Source: Aplysia californica
Lineage: Eukaryota
DNA: 63,852 nt
Direction of reading: 5' to 3'
Assembly (NCBI RefSeq): GCF_000002075.1
Contig: NW_004797315.1
Coordinates: 346,733-410,584, forward strand
The position numbers were made by a program, and so were the translations under genes. Under the pieces are notes generated by a model that saw only the letters and a program-made list of their open reading frames with translations, was not told where the DNA came from and searched no databases. Positions 11,001 through 23,000 of the stretch are shown here, in pieces. Numbering within the stretch: position 1 is the first letter of the stretch; each line of letters starts with the position of its first letter.

Positions 11001-14000
11001 GGGGAAGAAAAGTCGACAAGTGAGCCAGTACGACAATATGTCGCCTGTCAAGATGCCGCTGAAAGCAAGAGATCTGAACTGTGACGCAGTCGTTAATGCA
11101 CTGAATGACCTCAACTCGCTTAATGTTAAGAACACCGAAGGCTTGTTTGCAAAAACTCTGCCCGCTTTGTCGACTGAAAATGTCAAAAACTCCGAGATGG
11201 GAAACAAGTTCAATTTTCCAGGGAATTTCAACATTGGTGGCTCTCACCCGGACCCCAGGAAGTCAGAGGGCAACTCGGTGGGTAGCTCCAGCGGGGCCTC
11301 TCATCGCAAGCCCCTCGGCCAGCACAGCTTCATCAGCTACCAAAAACATCAGCTGGCGTTCCCCGCCGGGCTGGTGAAAAACCTCAAGTGGATTAAATTG
11401 GACGAGTCGGCTATTGGTGAGTTTCCCAGTACAGATTATATATTTGCACAACTTAAAAAAACCTACGGACTACGTCGCGACCTCAGTGCTTTCTTGTCAT
11501 ATCTCCATTTTTTAAGTTTTAGTTGTGGATGGTAGGCGGGTGCTCTGGTGTGGTTTGCTTCTTCTTTACTATCAAACATCTGTCTTCCTTATCTCCCCTT
11601 CTTCTTTTTTATGTTTGTTACTCTCTTGTAACACCTCTAATCTTCTGGTGCTCATATGACCTAAGCAGTTGCGAGCGCCGTAAAAATTCTACTAAAACTT
11701 GAAAAAACGAAGTTTTAATCTGTGTTTTACGGCACTTGCAACCCAATAAGGTCATATAAGTGCTAAAGATTAAAGGGGTTACAAGAGAGTAACAAACATG
11801 AAAAAGAAGAAGGGCAGATAAAGACGATTGATGTTTGATAGGAAAGAAGAAGCAAACCACACCACACCACACCAGAGCACCCACTAAACACTCATATCTC
11901 CGTTTTTAATAATAGTGAAAGCAGTTCATAACAAATAGTGAGCTTATGAAGAAGTCACATTTTCAGTTTTAAAAAAATGGAGATATGACAAGAAAGCACT
12001 GAGGTCATGAAGTGTTTACATGATTTTGTGTTTTCGACAATATGACCATTGCATTTGCTGGGCATGTCAATGCTATTTTTAAAATATAGATAATTGTTGT
12101 GTTTTGTTATGGTTACTAAATTGCTCGTCATAAGCTAAGCTCTTATCTTCTTACCTTCTGAAAATTCTGAAAGGGTTCTTCTTTTCTCTCCTGATAATTA
12201 TGACTTCGAAGACAAAGAGGTGAAAAAACTGTGGACTGCCTCCTTGATCTAGGTTGAGTTTTCTGTAAAAGAATGAATGTCACTACTACTGAATTTCATT
12301 TTCATATTGATGGCTCATTTCCCCTTCTTGATGTAAGAATTTTGCAGTATCGGAATGGTGTATCATATGTACAAATGGGCACTATCATCATCCATCTTTA
12401 TTTCTTTTGTCTCCCCCTGAAGAGTTAATCCTGGATTTGTGTTTCTTTGATAGTTTTTGTCCTTTCCGATTGATGGTTGCCACGGTTTTCCAGGCTCTTT
12501 TTTGGGACCGTTCAGAAACAATAATCTGTCCAGCAGGAATTTACTCAACATTTACGCTTTCTTCTTTATCCTCAGGTGAAAAGGAAAAAGTATTATGAAA
12601 GCATCATTTTTATACAAAGTACCTTTTTATTTTGTAAAGAATTTAAAAAAATTAGTTTTACATCTTTCTGCCTGAGAGGATAGCACGTTTTTGTATGACC
12701 TCCTATATATGGTCAATTTTGCCCTGTAATTGCTAGCACGAGTAGGTGCATGTTTCACTGTGTGTCATATGGACAGACAGATGTGACTTGGTCATTCAAT
12801 GTGACAGCTATCTTGCCAGACAATAAATTATTTATAAACCCCCAGTTTATTTATTGCTCATACTCACTGGTCATTGCCAGTCAGGTTTAGTTCATGCTTT
12901 TTTCCATCCAACATAAAAGCGTAGTTCGGCCAGTGTTTGCACTGAATTATAGTTAGATAAAAGCATCTTGCATCTTCCCCCATGTATAAAAAAATTCAGC
13001 TTGGGAACCTCCATTTTGTATTTTTGAAAGTGCACATCATTACGTGTGGCTCATCAAAATGAGGCTTGTGTTGCTAAAAAAATGGGAGCCGTCGTTTAAA
13101 TAATCTATTTTGGATAGCGTGGTTTCAAGCTGTTGCCAAAGCTTTGCTTCATAATCTTTTCATATGAAGAACTCATCAGCTTTAAAAAGTTGAATTGGTA
13201 AGGCGAAAGAACTAGATTTTTTGCAAAACTTGAGCCTCATTTTGACTTTCTGCGTCCTGTAGTATGATTTGTTGCTGTCTGGGGCTGTTTTTACCTTTTT
13301 TTATACATGTTTAGGTGTGCCATATATATGTTCCCTAGTTTAGAAACGATCCAACTATTATATCATAAGACATACATCGCAGGCTGGAGGCAAAAATCAA
13401 GTTTTATGACAATTTTAGCTGTTATTGCATGTTGATTTAAGTCTAAGTTCATAATTTTTTTAAATGTTGTGTAGGCTACATGTCTGAAAGTCAGAAATGC
13501 TTCCAAAGTACTTTATGATCAGCCAAACATCTGTTACAAGTCAAGAAGTTGCTTGTTTTTCTGAAAGAATTCTAAAGCTTCTACATTAAATGTGGGCTTA
13601 TTGTCATGGCTCTGATAGTAGGAAAACAGTCAAGGTAATTTCATAACAAATGTACACAAAGTTTATTTCTCTTGAATTTTGCACCGTGACACGTGGACAT
13701 TCTTATAAAAACTATATTTCTTTATCCTCGCAATGCTTGAGATGCCATCAGTTATTATTTTAGAAATGTTCACCGAAATACACTTTGTTCACAAGGAAAA
13801 TAACTCAGGTTTGTTTTGAGTCTTTTAGTATCCAATGTTTAATCTTCTTTGTATTTGATTTTTCAAAATCAAAATTTCTGAAGCTGTTGCTGGACCTCTT
13901 GAGAGTGGTATTTTTGTTTTTGCCAAATTTGCTGCCTATTTTTGCATGTTTTGGAAGCATGTTGTCACTTGTTGCTCAAAACTGAAAAAAATAATTTTTG

Positions 14001-17000
14001 TTTAATTAAATTAATGCTTTAACTTGTTTTTTTAATTGTCGATATCTCCAGAAGGAAAGCTCTTTGATTGCCAATGTCTCTTTAAGGAAAGTTCTTCGTT
14101 TGCAGATATCTCCTTTAGAAAAGCTATCTTGTAAATATCTAAAAGAAAGTCCTTCGAATTATACCGATTCTGTTCCTCTCAGAAAAGTTCCCGCACTGTG
14201 TGTGGACGAACATCGACCTTGGGAAGTCCAAAGTGAGGCCGGACTTTGCCCAGGTGGAGGAGACGTTCCGCGGAAGAAGTCAGTTAGACGAAAACTCTGA
14301 GGTACGTTATTCGTTATTACTCTCTTGCGGTTATGTTACATTATGAGAACACAGTTCTTGTTCATTTATGAACTTGTACTGTGGGTGCTTGTTGGATACT
14401 CTGGTGTGGCTTGCTCCTTCTTTCCTGTAAAAAATCTATCTTCTCTATCTCCCCTCCTTTTTTATGTTTGCTACTCTCTTGTAACACTTCTAATCTTCGG
14501 CACTTATATGACCTTATTATTTTGCTAGCACCTTAAAACCTTAGTAAAACAAAGACTTGTACTTGCAAATATGTAAAGCGTCTAGAGCTGTGGGCACACT
14601 GGAGTAGATGCTATAAAAATGATCTACATTATTGTTAGTTGTTGTTGTTTTCAGATCTCTTTAGCTGCGAGCATTTCGCTCGACATTATTAGTATTTCAG
14701 GGTTCATATGGGTTTGAAAAACTCTTGGAATTTTGGGACATTGGCAAAGTTTTTGGAAAAGCCTTGGAAAAACAAATTTTTAACTAGATCTATTGTAAGA
14801 ATATTTCCTTGCTAATTCTGAAGTGTTCCATAATGTATTTTTGCATGCTGAACGAGAAATTTTCTTTTGAAATGACATGTTTTTTGTCTTGGAAAAAAAA
14901 TCTGGTCTTGAGAGCTCTTGGAAAAGTCTTGGGGGGTCTGTGGGTGGTTGACGGGTGCTCTGGTGTGGTTTGCTCCTTCTTTCCTATCATTCATCTATCG
15001 TCCTTATCTCCCCTCCTCCTTTTTTGTGTTTGTTACTCTCTTGTAACACCTCTAATCTTCGGCACTTATATGACCTTTTTGTGTTGCAAGTGCCGTAAAA
15101 CTCTTACTAAAACTGGACTTGAAAACTAGGAAAAGTTCGTGAACAAAAAAAATCTCCTGCTCATCGTGTTTCCTTGCGGGTTCCGAATGTTGATCTGTGC
15201 CGCTGTCTCCCCGGCAGATGCCACTTCTGAGTCGCAGCTCACGGCTCAACCTGAACCTGTTCCTGAACCGCCTAGAGGAGGAGCCGGCGGAGCTTGTGCG
15301 GCGACTCGTGCGCGTGGACCGCCCCCCACTGGCCGTCGCCTTCATGAAGCACTTGATGGATGTGTTGCCGGAGGACGAAGAGGTTGGTTAACAGTTTCTC
15401 GTTACGATATTAAATCAGCCCGAGGGGGGGTGGTGGCGTAACCGTCACGTTTTGGAGAGATCTTTGTCATCATAGTTTTTAAGTTTGGAATTTCCTGTCT
15501 TGACACTTTGCAGTCACACAGCCAGCAGTACAAAATACCCCATCTGGTCACCCAGCCAGGAGAGTGGCTGCAACGGCCTTCTCGGGCCATAACGGATAAT
15601 TTTCACTAGCGCATTAATTATTGCGCCAAGTGAACTCAAAGTGTTAAAGAAGAACAGAGCATTTTGTCAGTATATTTTTACATAATCTGTACCGTTTTTT
15701 CCCAATAAAAGATTACTTTATATTAAATCATATGTGAGACAGCATGGTGAAATCATCAGGCGCTCGTCAAAATAATAAAAGTAAAAGTGAAGAAACTGGC
15801 ATTTTTCCGCAGGTTTGGGAATTTTTATCAAATGTTTGTTTTCGGCTCTACACCTTTTATACCCATCAAAATCACATTTCAGTTTTGGATTTTAATGGAA
15901 AAACATTGATTAAATGCATAAGAGATATAAATATTCAGTTTCCTCATGCGCTCAAGCTAAGGAAATACCTAAACTTTGGCAGCCATTTTCTCGCTACATT
16001 TACCTCTGAAACCAGGCGAACCCACCTCCATCAATCGCAAATATCCTAGATAAATGGGTATTGTTTCATCAAAAGCAAGGTAAATGGACAGGCTTTAAGC
16101 TAGATGATACCAATAACTCCACTGGTAAAAATTGACCGCGTCGTGATACATCATGCAGGCCTGATAGGGTATATCTCAAAATAATAAAAGCTGATGACTC
16201 TGTTGTTTTTCTCCCCTTTCTTTAATGTTGTCATATGTTGTCTGTATGTGCAATATACCGTGTGGTGAAGAGCCCACGTTCAAAGATATAGAGGGGGTTA
16301 AAAGAAGAAATGTTTTCATACAGTCTTGCATAGCCAACTGATTTTCAGATCCCAAATTTTTTCTTGATATGTTTATATTCTTTGTATTCAAAACACGCTC
16401 GTAGTGAAATTCGATTTATAGCAAGAAGATTTCCGCATCCTGACAATTTTGCTATGTATATGTGCTAGACTATTTCCCCATTCGACACTCTCCCTGTCTC
16501 AGATTTTGCTGTGGGTGGTTGGCCGGTGCTCTGGTGCGGTTTGCTTCTTCTCTCCTTTCAAACATCTGTCGTCATTATCTCCCCTCCTTCTTTTTTGTGT
16601 TTGTTACTCTCTTGTAACACCTCTAATGACCTTTTATTGTGTTGCAAGTGCCGTAAAACACTTTCACTTACTAAGACTTTTCTAAGTATGTACACTCTCC
16701 CTGTGTCTCAGATTTTTCTATATATCGCTGGTGGAGTGATGAAACCTCGTAACCCTCAATTTTTTCGAAATTCGTTTTTTTGGCTTAATGTCTTCTCCCA
16801 GTCCTTCTTCACGATGTGTCAAAAGCACAAGGTTAAATTAGTAAGAGAAAGTATGAAAAAAACTTAATAAAAAAACCTCGTATGTTTGCCCCCCTGATAT
16901 CCTGGCGTGATGAAACCTCGCAACCCTCACCCGGTGCTCCGATCTGCTTATGCGTGGTTTCATCACTCCCGGTTCGAGAGAGTGGCGTGCTTATACGAGG

Positions 17001-20000
17001 TTCTGGATAAGCCTTCTTTATGAATTAGCTTAATTGAAGCGCTCATAACTGACATTGTCTGGTGCATTTAATGTATCTGACGGAATTAAGAAATATTTCA
17101 TTCTTTCATTCATCCATACATTCATTCATTCTTTTATTCATTCACTTAATTTTAGTCAGTTCAGAAATTCAAATATGGTCATAAGTGAGGTACTTACATT
17201 GTGTAAATATTTTTAAAAATCCATTCATAAGGATGACTAACGTGTTGGTAATCAAGATGTTCTCATCGAGCACAAACGTAGTTAACATTTAAGTTAAGGC
17301 AACAGTCACAACTTGAAATGACAGGTGACGGTAGTCCTTACTAAGACTAGGTGACAGATCTGTGCACTCTCCAGATGTCAACAGGCCATTTTGTTTATCA
17401 AAGAGAAGGTATGGTTTCGCATATTCTCAGACTATTTTAAGTTTTAGTAGAGGTTTTACGGCGCTCGCAACTGCATGAGGCCATACGAGCGCCAAGGGTT
17501 GAATGTCAACAGAGAAGTCCGTACAGGGAATCACACTTACTATGCTCACCTCTCTAGCTTCAGCAGCACAAAGTCTGCTTCGACTACATGTACCAAGGCA
17601 CCCCGGAAATAGCGGGTCACAAGAGTGTGACAAACATACAAAAGAAGTAGAGGAAAATGACGATAGTAAGGATTAGGACAGAAAAAGCTGTTGTAGTTCA
17701 TGCACAGTTATGAGCATGACATTGTTAGATGAGCCCATTTACAATTCTACTGTGCACTAGAACGAAACCCCCCGCCCCATTTGGGAATGGCCTAAAGACA
17801 CTTCAGTCAGTGGCACTGCCCCGGATGAGTCTCAGACTATGAATCCGTTGTGTAGTCGAATCCTTCAGTTGTGGTTGAGACCGAATAGTACTGAACTTAA
17901 CCATGGTCTTGATGACTCTGAAGTCTTTAGAGAATATTGTGACAAATTTGTGCCCCAACAACACAAGTAATACAGACGTTTCCGAATCTGTATTGAATAA
18001 CTCCTTCTAACTGTGCTCATCACCTAGATCTTTATACCCTACACGGGCTGGTTTGGAAACCACTGAGCAGATCACGTTCCATGAATTGACCCCACCCTCC
18101 ATGTCGCAGTCCTTTCCAGGGCTATCCCTGATATGTGGAGATAAGGAAGTATCAGCATCATCCCAGACTGAGTCTGCACCAACAATAGTGTCGCCTGGAA
18201 TCATACCCCAAACTATACTGACGTTTCACAAGGCAGCTGTAAGTCAGATGCTGAATTATTACCTTCGAGGTCACAGCAACACGATTTGTAGACCATACTC
18301 AGGCACCTTAGCCACTTTTCCAGGAGCCTGATCCCGAGACACAGCTCATTTGTGATGCCAGCATAAATGATGCTCCACAGAGGAAAAGAAAGGGTTTTCA
18401 GGAGTGACAACAAATAAACGAAAAGCTTTCCGTGGACCAGGACAAGATCGGAATACATAAAGGTTCAATGAAAAGCCCAACAAAGTTATTGAAACCAAAC
18501 TGCGATTGCAAGAGCTGGACTCTGAAATGTAAAGGGCTCTCTGAAGTTGATAGACATTCTAATTTTGATTTAGTGTGGACCCTTTCATGGGATGACTAGT
18601 GGACCTCAGAGGAGATATTCAGAGACTAACCAGAGAGGGAATACCTTCAAGAAACACTTTCAAAAGGTGGCCATAAGGTGCCAGTGTGTTAAAAGATGTT
18701 CCTGAATTGAACTGGGTTGGATGAATGATTTGTAAGAAACATTTAGAACCAATAATTATCAAAGCAACTCAGATGTCTACAAAATATATGCACAATTCTG
18801 CCAAGGCGGCCTCTCAACAGACCCGGCCTCGATGAAGCATTCAAGCAGAGTAACCTGTCGCTATTCCTGTCAAAGATAGATATTATGTGCGACCTTTGCA
18901 TCAGTCGTGAAGTTGACAATGTGCTGGAGGATCTTTGGAATGCTAACATTCTAGAAAAGGAAGCAGCGCGCAAAGAAAAGGAACGAGATAAATCTGAAAC
19001 CATCAAATCTGTCGCCAGTAATGAACCTAAAACGGCCGTACTTTCAATGGATCTTCAGCATCAGTCTTAGATTACAAAACAAAACTCGCCGTTCATAACT
19101 TTACGCTATTGGATGCTGCAACACGTCAGACTACTTTTTTACGTGTGTCATGAAGCAGAAGGGGGACTTATGGCAAATGAGTTAGCTTCATGTCTATTGG
19201 ATTTCCTGAAGGAAAAACTGGACTTCCAGTAAACCATTACTGACATCGACAACTGTGGTTACCAATACAGAAATGCCACACTAGCCAATGTTTCTCTAAG
19301 CCATTTTTCAACAACAGATGGAAGCACAATTGAACAGAAACATTTTATCAAATGACACACACAAATGGAAATTAACAGTGTGAACTCAACTATTAAGAGA
19401 TCGCTTCGAAAAAAAACGCATCGAGGTCCTCCAAGACTACCTCTATTTCTTCATGATGGCAAGAGCAAAACAAAAAACTTATCAAAATAAATATTTGGAT
19501 CACACATTCTTCAAGGAATATTCTAAGATTCTAAGTGTGGAAGCTACGACAAGTCTACAAGACTAGGTAGAAAAACGAGTGATCCTGTTGTCAGGTGTTT
19601 GAAGTATATCCCAGACATGAACATCCAGTTCAAGATGCACTTGAAGGATGAATGGTCTGCCGTTCCGAAGGCTGGACACAGAAACATAAGGTCCATCCTA
19701 CCTCACAACTCTACACAAAACGTTTAAAGTTCCAACACTTCAAGTACAATCACCTGCAGGTGCTTAAATCTGTTATTGCCAATATGCATCGTCACTTTAT
19801 GACAATTTATACTATTAACATTAATAGTTGTTCATTATGATTCAACATCTCTTATGAAAACCATCTGTAGTGCAAACAGAGACCATATTGCAGAGATTTA
19901 TTATTAATTTGTGCTTTTTAGTAAAACTGGAAGTAACTAGATCTAATCTTGGCAAATTATAGTGAAACAAATTGCATTAATTGCAATCCGTTTGAGGATT

Positions 20001-23000
20001 GAAACATAAATTCTGCTGGTAACACACATTTATTTGACTTCAGTTGGCCGGGAATCGAACTCTAAACCAATTGGTTTTGAATAAACATCTTTATCATTTT
20101 GTGGCGTTTCAAACAACAGACACCTACTGCAACCAAAATGAGCAGCGAGAAAACTCGCAACCCTCAAACTCTGTCCTGATGAAACCTCGCAACCCACCCG
20201 CCGGCTGACTACGTGGTTTCATCACGACAAAAATGTTGTAATGAAACCTCGCATCCCACAGCGTAGCCACATAAACAATAGAAAAGTTATTTTTATGTAC
20301 TAACCACGTTTCTAATGTGTTTTTGTCTATCTGTACCAACTTTGGTTCATATAGGTCATTTTGTTCAAGAGTAAATCAGTTTTTTGTCTCTCCTGTAAAA
20401 TTTTCCTTTCTGGGGTTACGAGGTTTCATCACTCCACCAGCGATATATATATATATATATATATACGTATACTCTCCCTTTGCTTGACTATTTTCCTATT
20501 TGACATTCTCCCTCTCTGTCTCAGATTTTACTATCATGTACGTATACTCTCCCTTTGCTAGATTATTTTCCTGTTTGATTTTGACTTTCTTTCTGTGGGT
20601 GGTTGGCGGGTGCTCTTGTGTGGTTTGCTCCTTCTGTTCCTATCAAACATTTATCGTCTTTATCTCCCCTCCTTCTTTTTTGTGTTTGTTCCTCCCTTGT
20701 AACATCTCTAATCTTCGGCATTTATATGACCTAATTGTGTTGCAAGTGCCGTAAAACTCTTACGAAAAAAAACCCTCTCTCTCTCCCTACTATGTCTCAG
20801 ATCCAGCACCTGAAACAGTTCAATGGAAATCTCCAGAGTCTGGGCCAGGCGGAGCAGTTTGTCCTCCACCTGTCAGACCTGCCAGACTACCAGACGCTCC
20901 TCACCGGTCAGCTGAGGCGGGCCGAGTTCAGCGTGAAGATCCCGCAGCTCAAGGTCGTGCTGGCGAGTACGCTGGAGGCGGCGGGGATCATCTTGTCGCA
21001 CGACGGTTTACGGGAGGTCCTGGCGCTCATCCTGCGACTGGGGAACTTCCTCAACCATGTAAGAAGACTTAATAATAATAATTGGTTGCTTTTAAGGACA
21101 AACGGGCTATCTCAGATTTTGGGGGTTTCCTGAAATCTTGATCTACACCAAAGTGGGCATTGCCCTACCTATAAGAGAAGTTTGGTTTCATTGGTGTGTA
21201 GATATTTGTTTGGTTATAGAGAAAACTCTCATTGTATTTTAAAGAAACTGAACAAGGGGCAAAAACTTTACCTTCAATTTTCTCAAAACAGCATTTTTCG
21301 AGATAGCCCCGTTGTGGCTAAAAGCGACCAATTGTAATATAGCTGGGTTCCTATTCCCACGTGGGTGAAGTGAGGAAAATTCGTGTAAAGTGCTTTTCCC
21401 AAGGACACAACGTCGGGCCCTTAATGGGATATTCCGAGAGCTTAAGCACTAAGCCACCGACTTTCAGTGTGGGTGTTTGTTGGTACTCGGGTGTTGTTTG
21501 CTCCTTCTTTCCTGTCAAACATTCATTGTCCTTACCTCTCCTCCTCCTTTTCTTCGTACGTTTCTCTTAAGTGATACCTCTTATAAATAAGTTATTTTTA
21601 GAACCTGTTTCTTTTCATGTCCAGACTGATCTTGTGCTATAGATTTGTGTTTGTTTGTGTGGTGAACATGTAGAAATGCTTTTGTAGTATTTGTTATAAA
21701 ACAAATTCCGTGGGTAGTTGGCGGGTGCTCTGGTGTGGTTTGCTCCTTCTTTTTTATCAAACATCTATCATCCTTATTTCTCCTTCTTCTTTTTTGTTTG
21801 TTACTCTCTTGTAACATCTCTTATCTTCTGGTGCTCATATGACCTTATGTAGTTGCGAGTGCCGTAAAACCTCTACTAAAACAAACATTTCATGTCCTGA
21901 CTGATCTTGTGCTATGGATTTGTGTTTGTTTGTGTGGTGAACATGTACAAGTGCTTTTGTAGATGAACAAATTCCGTGGGTGGTTGGCGGTGCTCTGGTG
22001 TGGTTTGCTCCTTCTTTCCTATCAATCATCTAACGTCCTTATCTCCCCTTCTTCTTTTTAATGTTTGTTACTCTCTTGTAACACTAATCGTTGGCACTTA
22101 TATGACCTTATTGTGTTGCAAGTGCTGTAAAGCTTACTAAACCTAAAGCCAACTATAACGTCTGAGAAAAGCTTCTTAAGGTTTCCAAAATTGTATGTGT
22201 CCGGTACCCTCAGGGTCAGTTCAACGGTTACGCCAAAGGCTTCAAACTATCCAGCCTGGTGCGTCTAGCAGACGTGAAGTGCCAGGAAGCTGGACACAAC
22301 TTTGTCCATTACTTGACCGGTCTGGTGGACAGCACAGATGACCGCATCCTCTCCTTTGTCAACGAGATCTCCAAGCTGGATAAAGCCATTAGGTAGAGTT
22401 TACCAAAACATGAGACTGGTTTGTTGTAGCATTTTGTATTTATTTATACACTGCAAGTTTTTGTTTGTTAATGGATGCTTTAACCCTATCCGTACGTCGT
22501 GTTTTACTATCGTATCCGTACGACGTGGGGAACTCTGTGCTGCCACTTTTCAAAGAGGAAATTTACTCGTTAATCCGATCCGTATGCTTTGCATAGCAGT
22601 CTGTCAAAATGACTTTGAGAAATACTGAAAAATTCAAAGAGATCTTCGTACTAGAAGTATTCTAAAATGTGAAGAATACAACTGCAGGGATGCAAAATGA
22701 CCCCAGGGCATAGAGATAGGGTTAAAGTAAAATACAGTCAAGGAGAAAAGTGGCTGTGTTAGACAGTAGTATCATTATAATGTGGAAAAAACGCAATGGA
22801 CGAATGACATTTTTCTGATTGTAAGGTTCATAAAGCTATTTGCTGCACATAAAAGAGTGTATCTTATTTTATTTTGCTTTGAATAGTTTATGCAAATGAT
22901 TGTTTGAATAATTAGAATTCCTGAGTACTGTATATGGAATAACTGGAGTTTTTCAAAAGGAATTAAAATTACTGAATCAATTGCTCAAACGCTTTATATG

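Larger units (their letters stand above)
16726..20442 (+). mobile_element. Sola1-type DNA transposon, decayed formerly autonomous copy in formin intron 10
   Basis: Perfect 30-bp TIR CGCTGGTGGAGTGATGAAACCTCGTAACCC; ATAT TSD (AWWT type); subterminal TGATGAAACCTCGCA repeats; broken transposase motifs at about 18840-19760. Confidence 0.85.
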
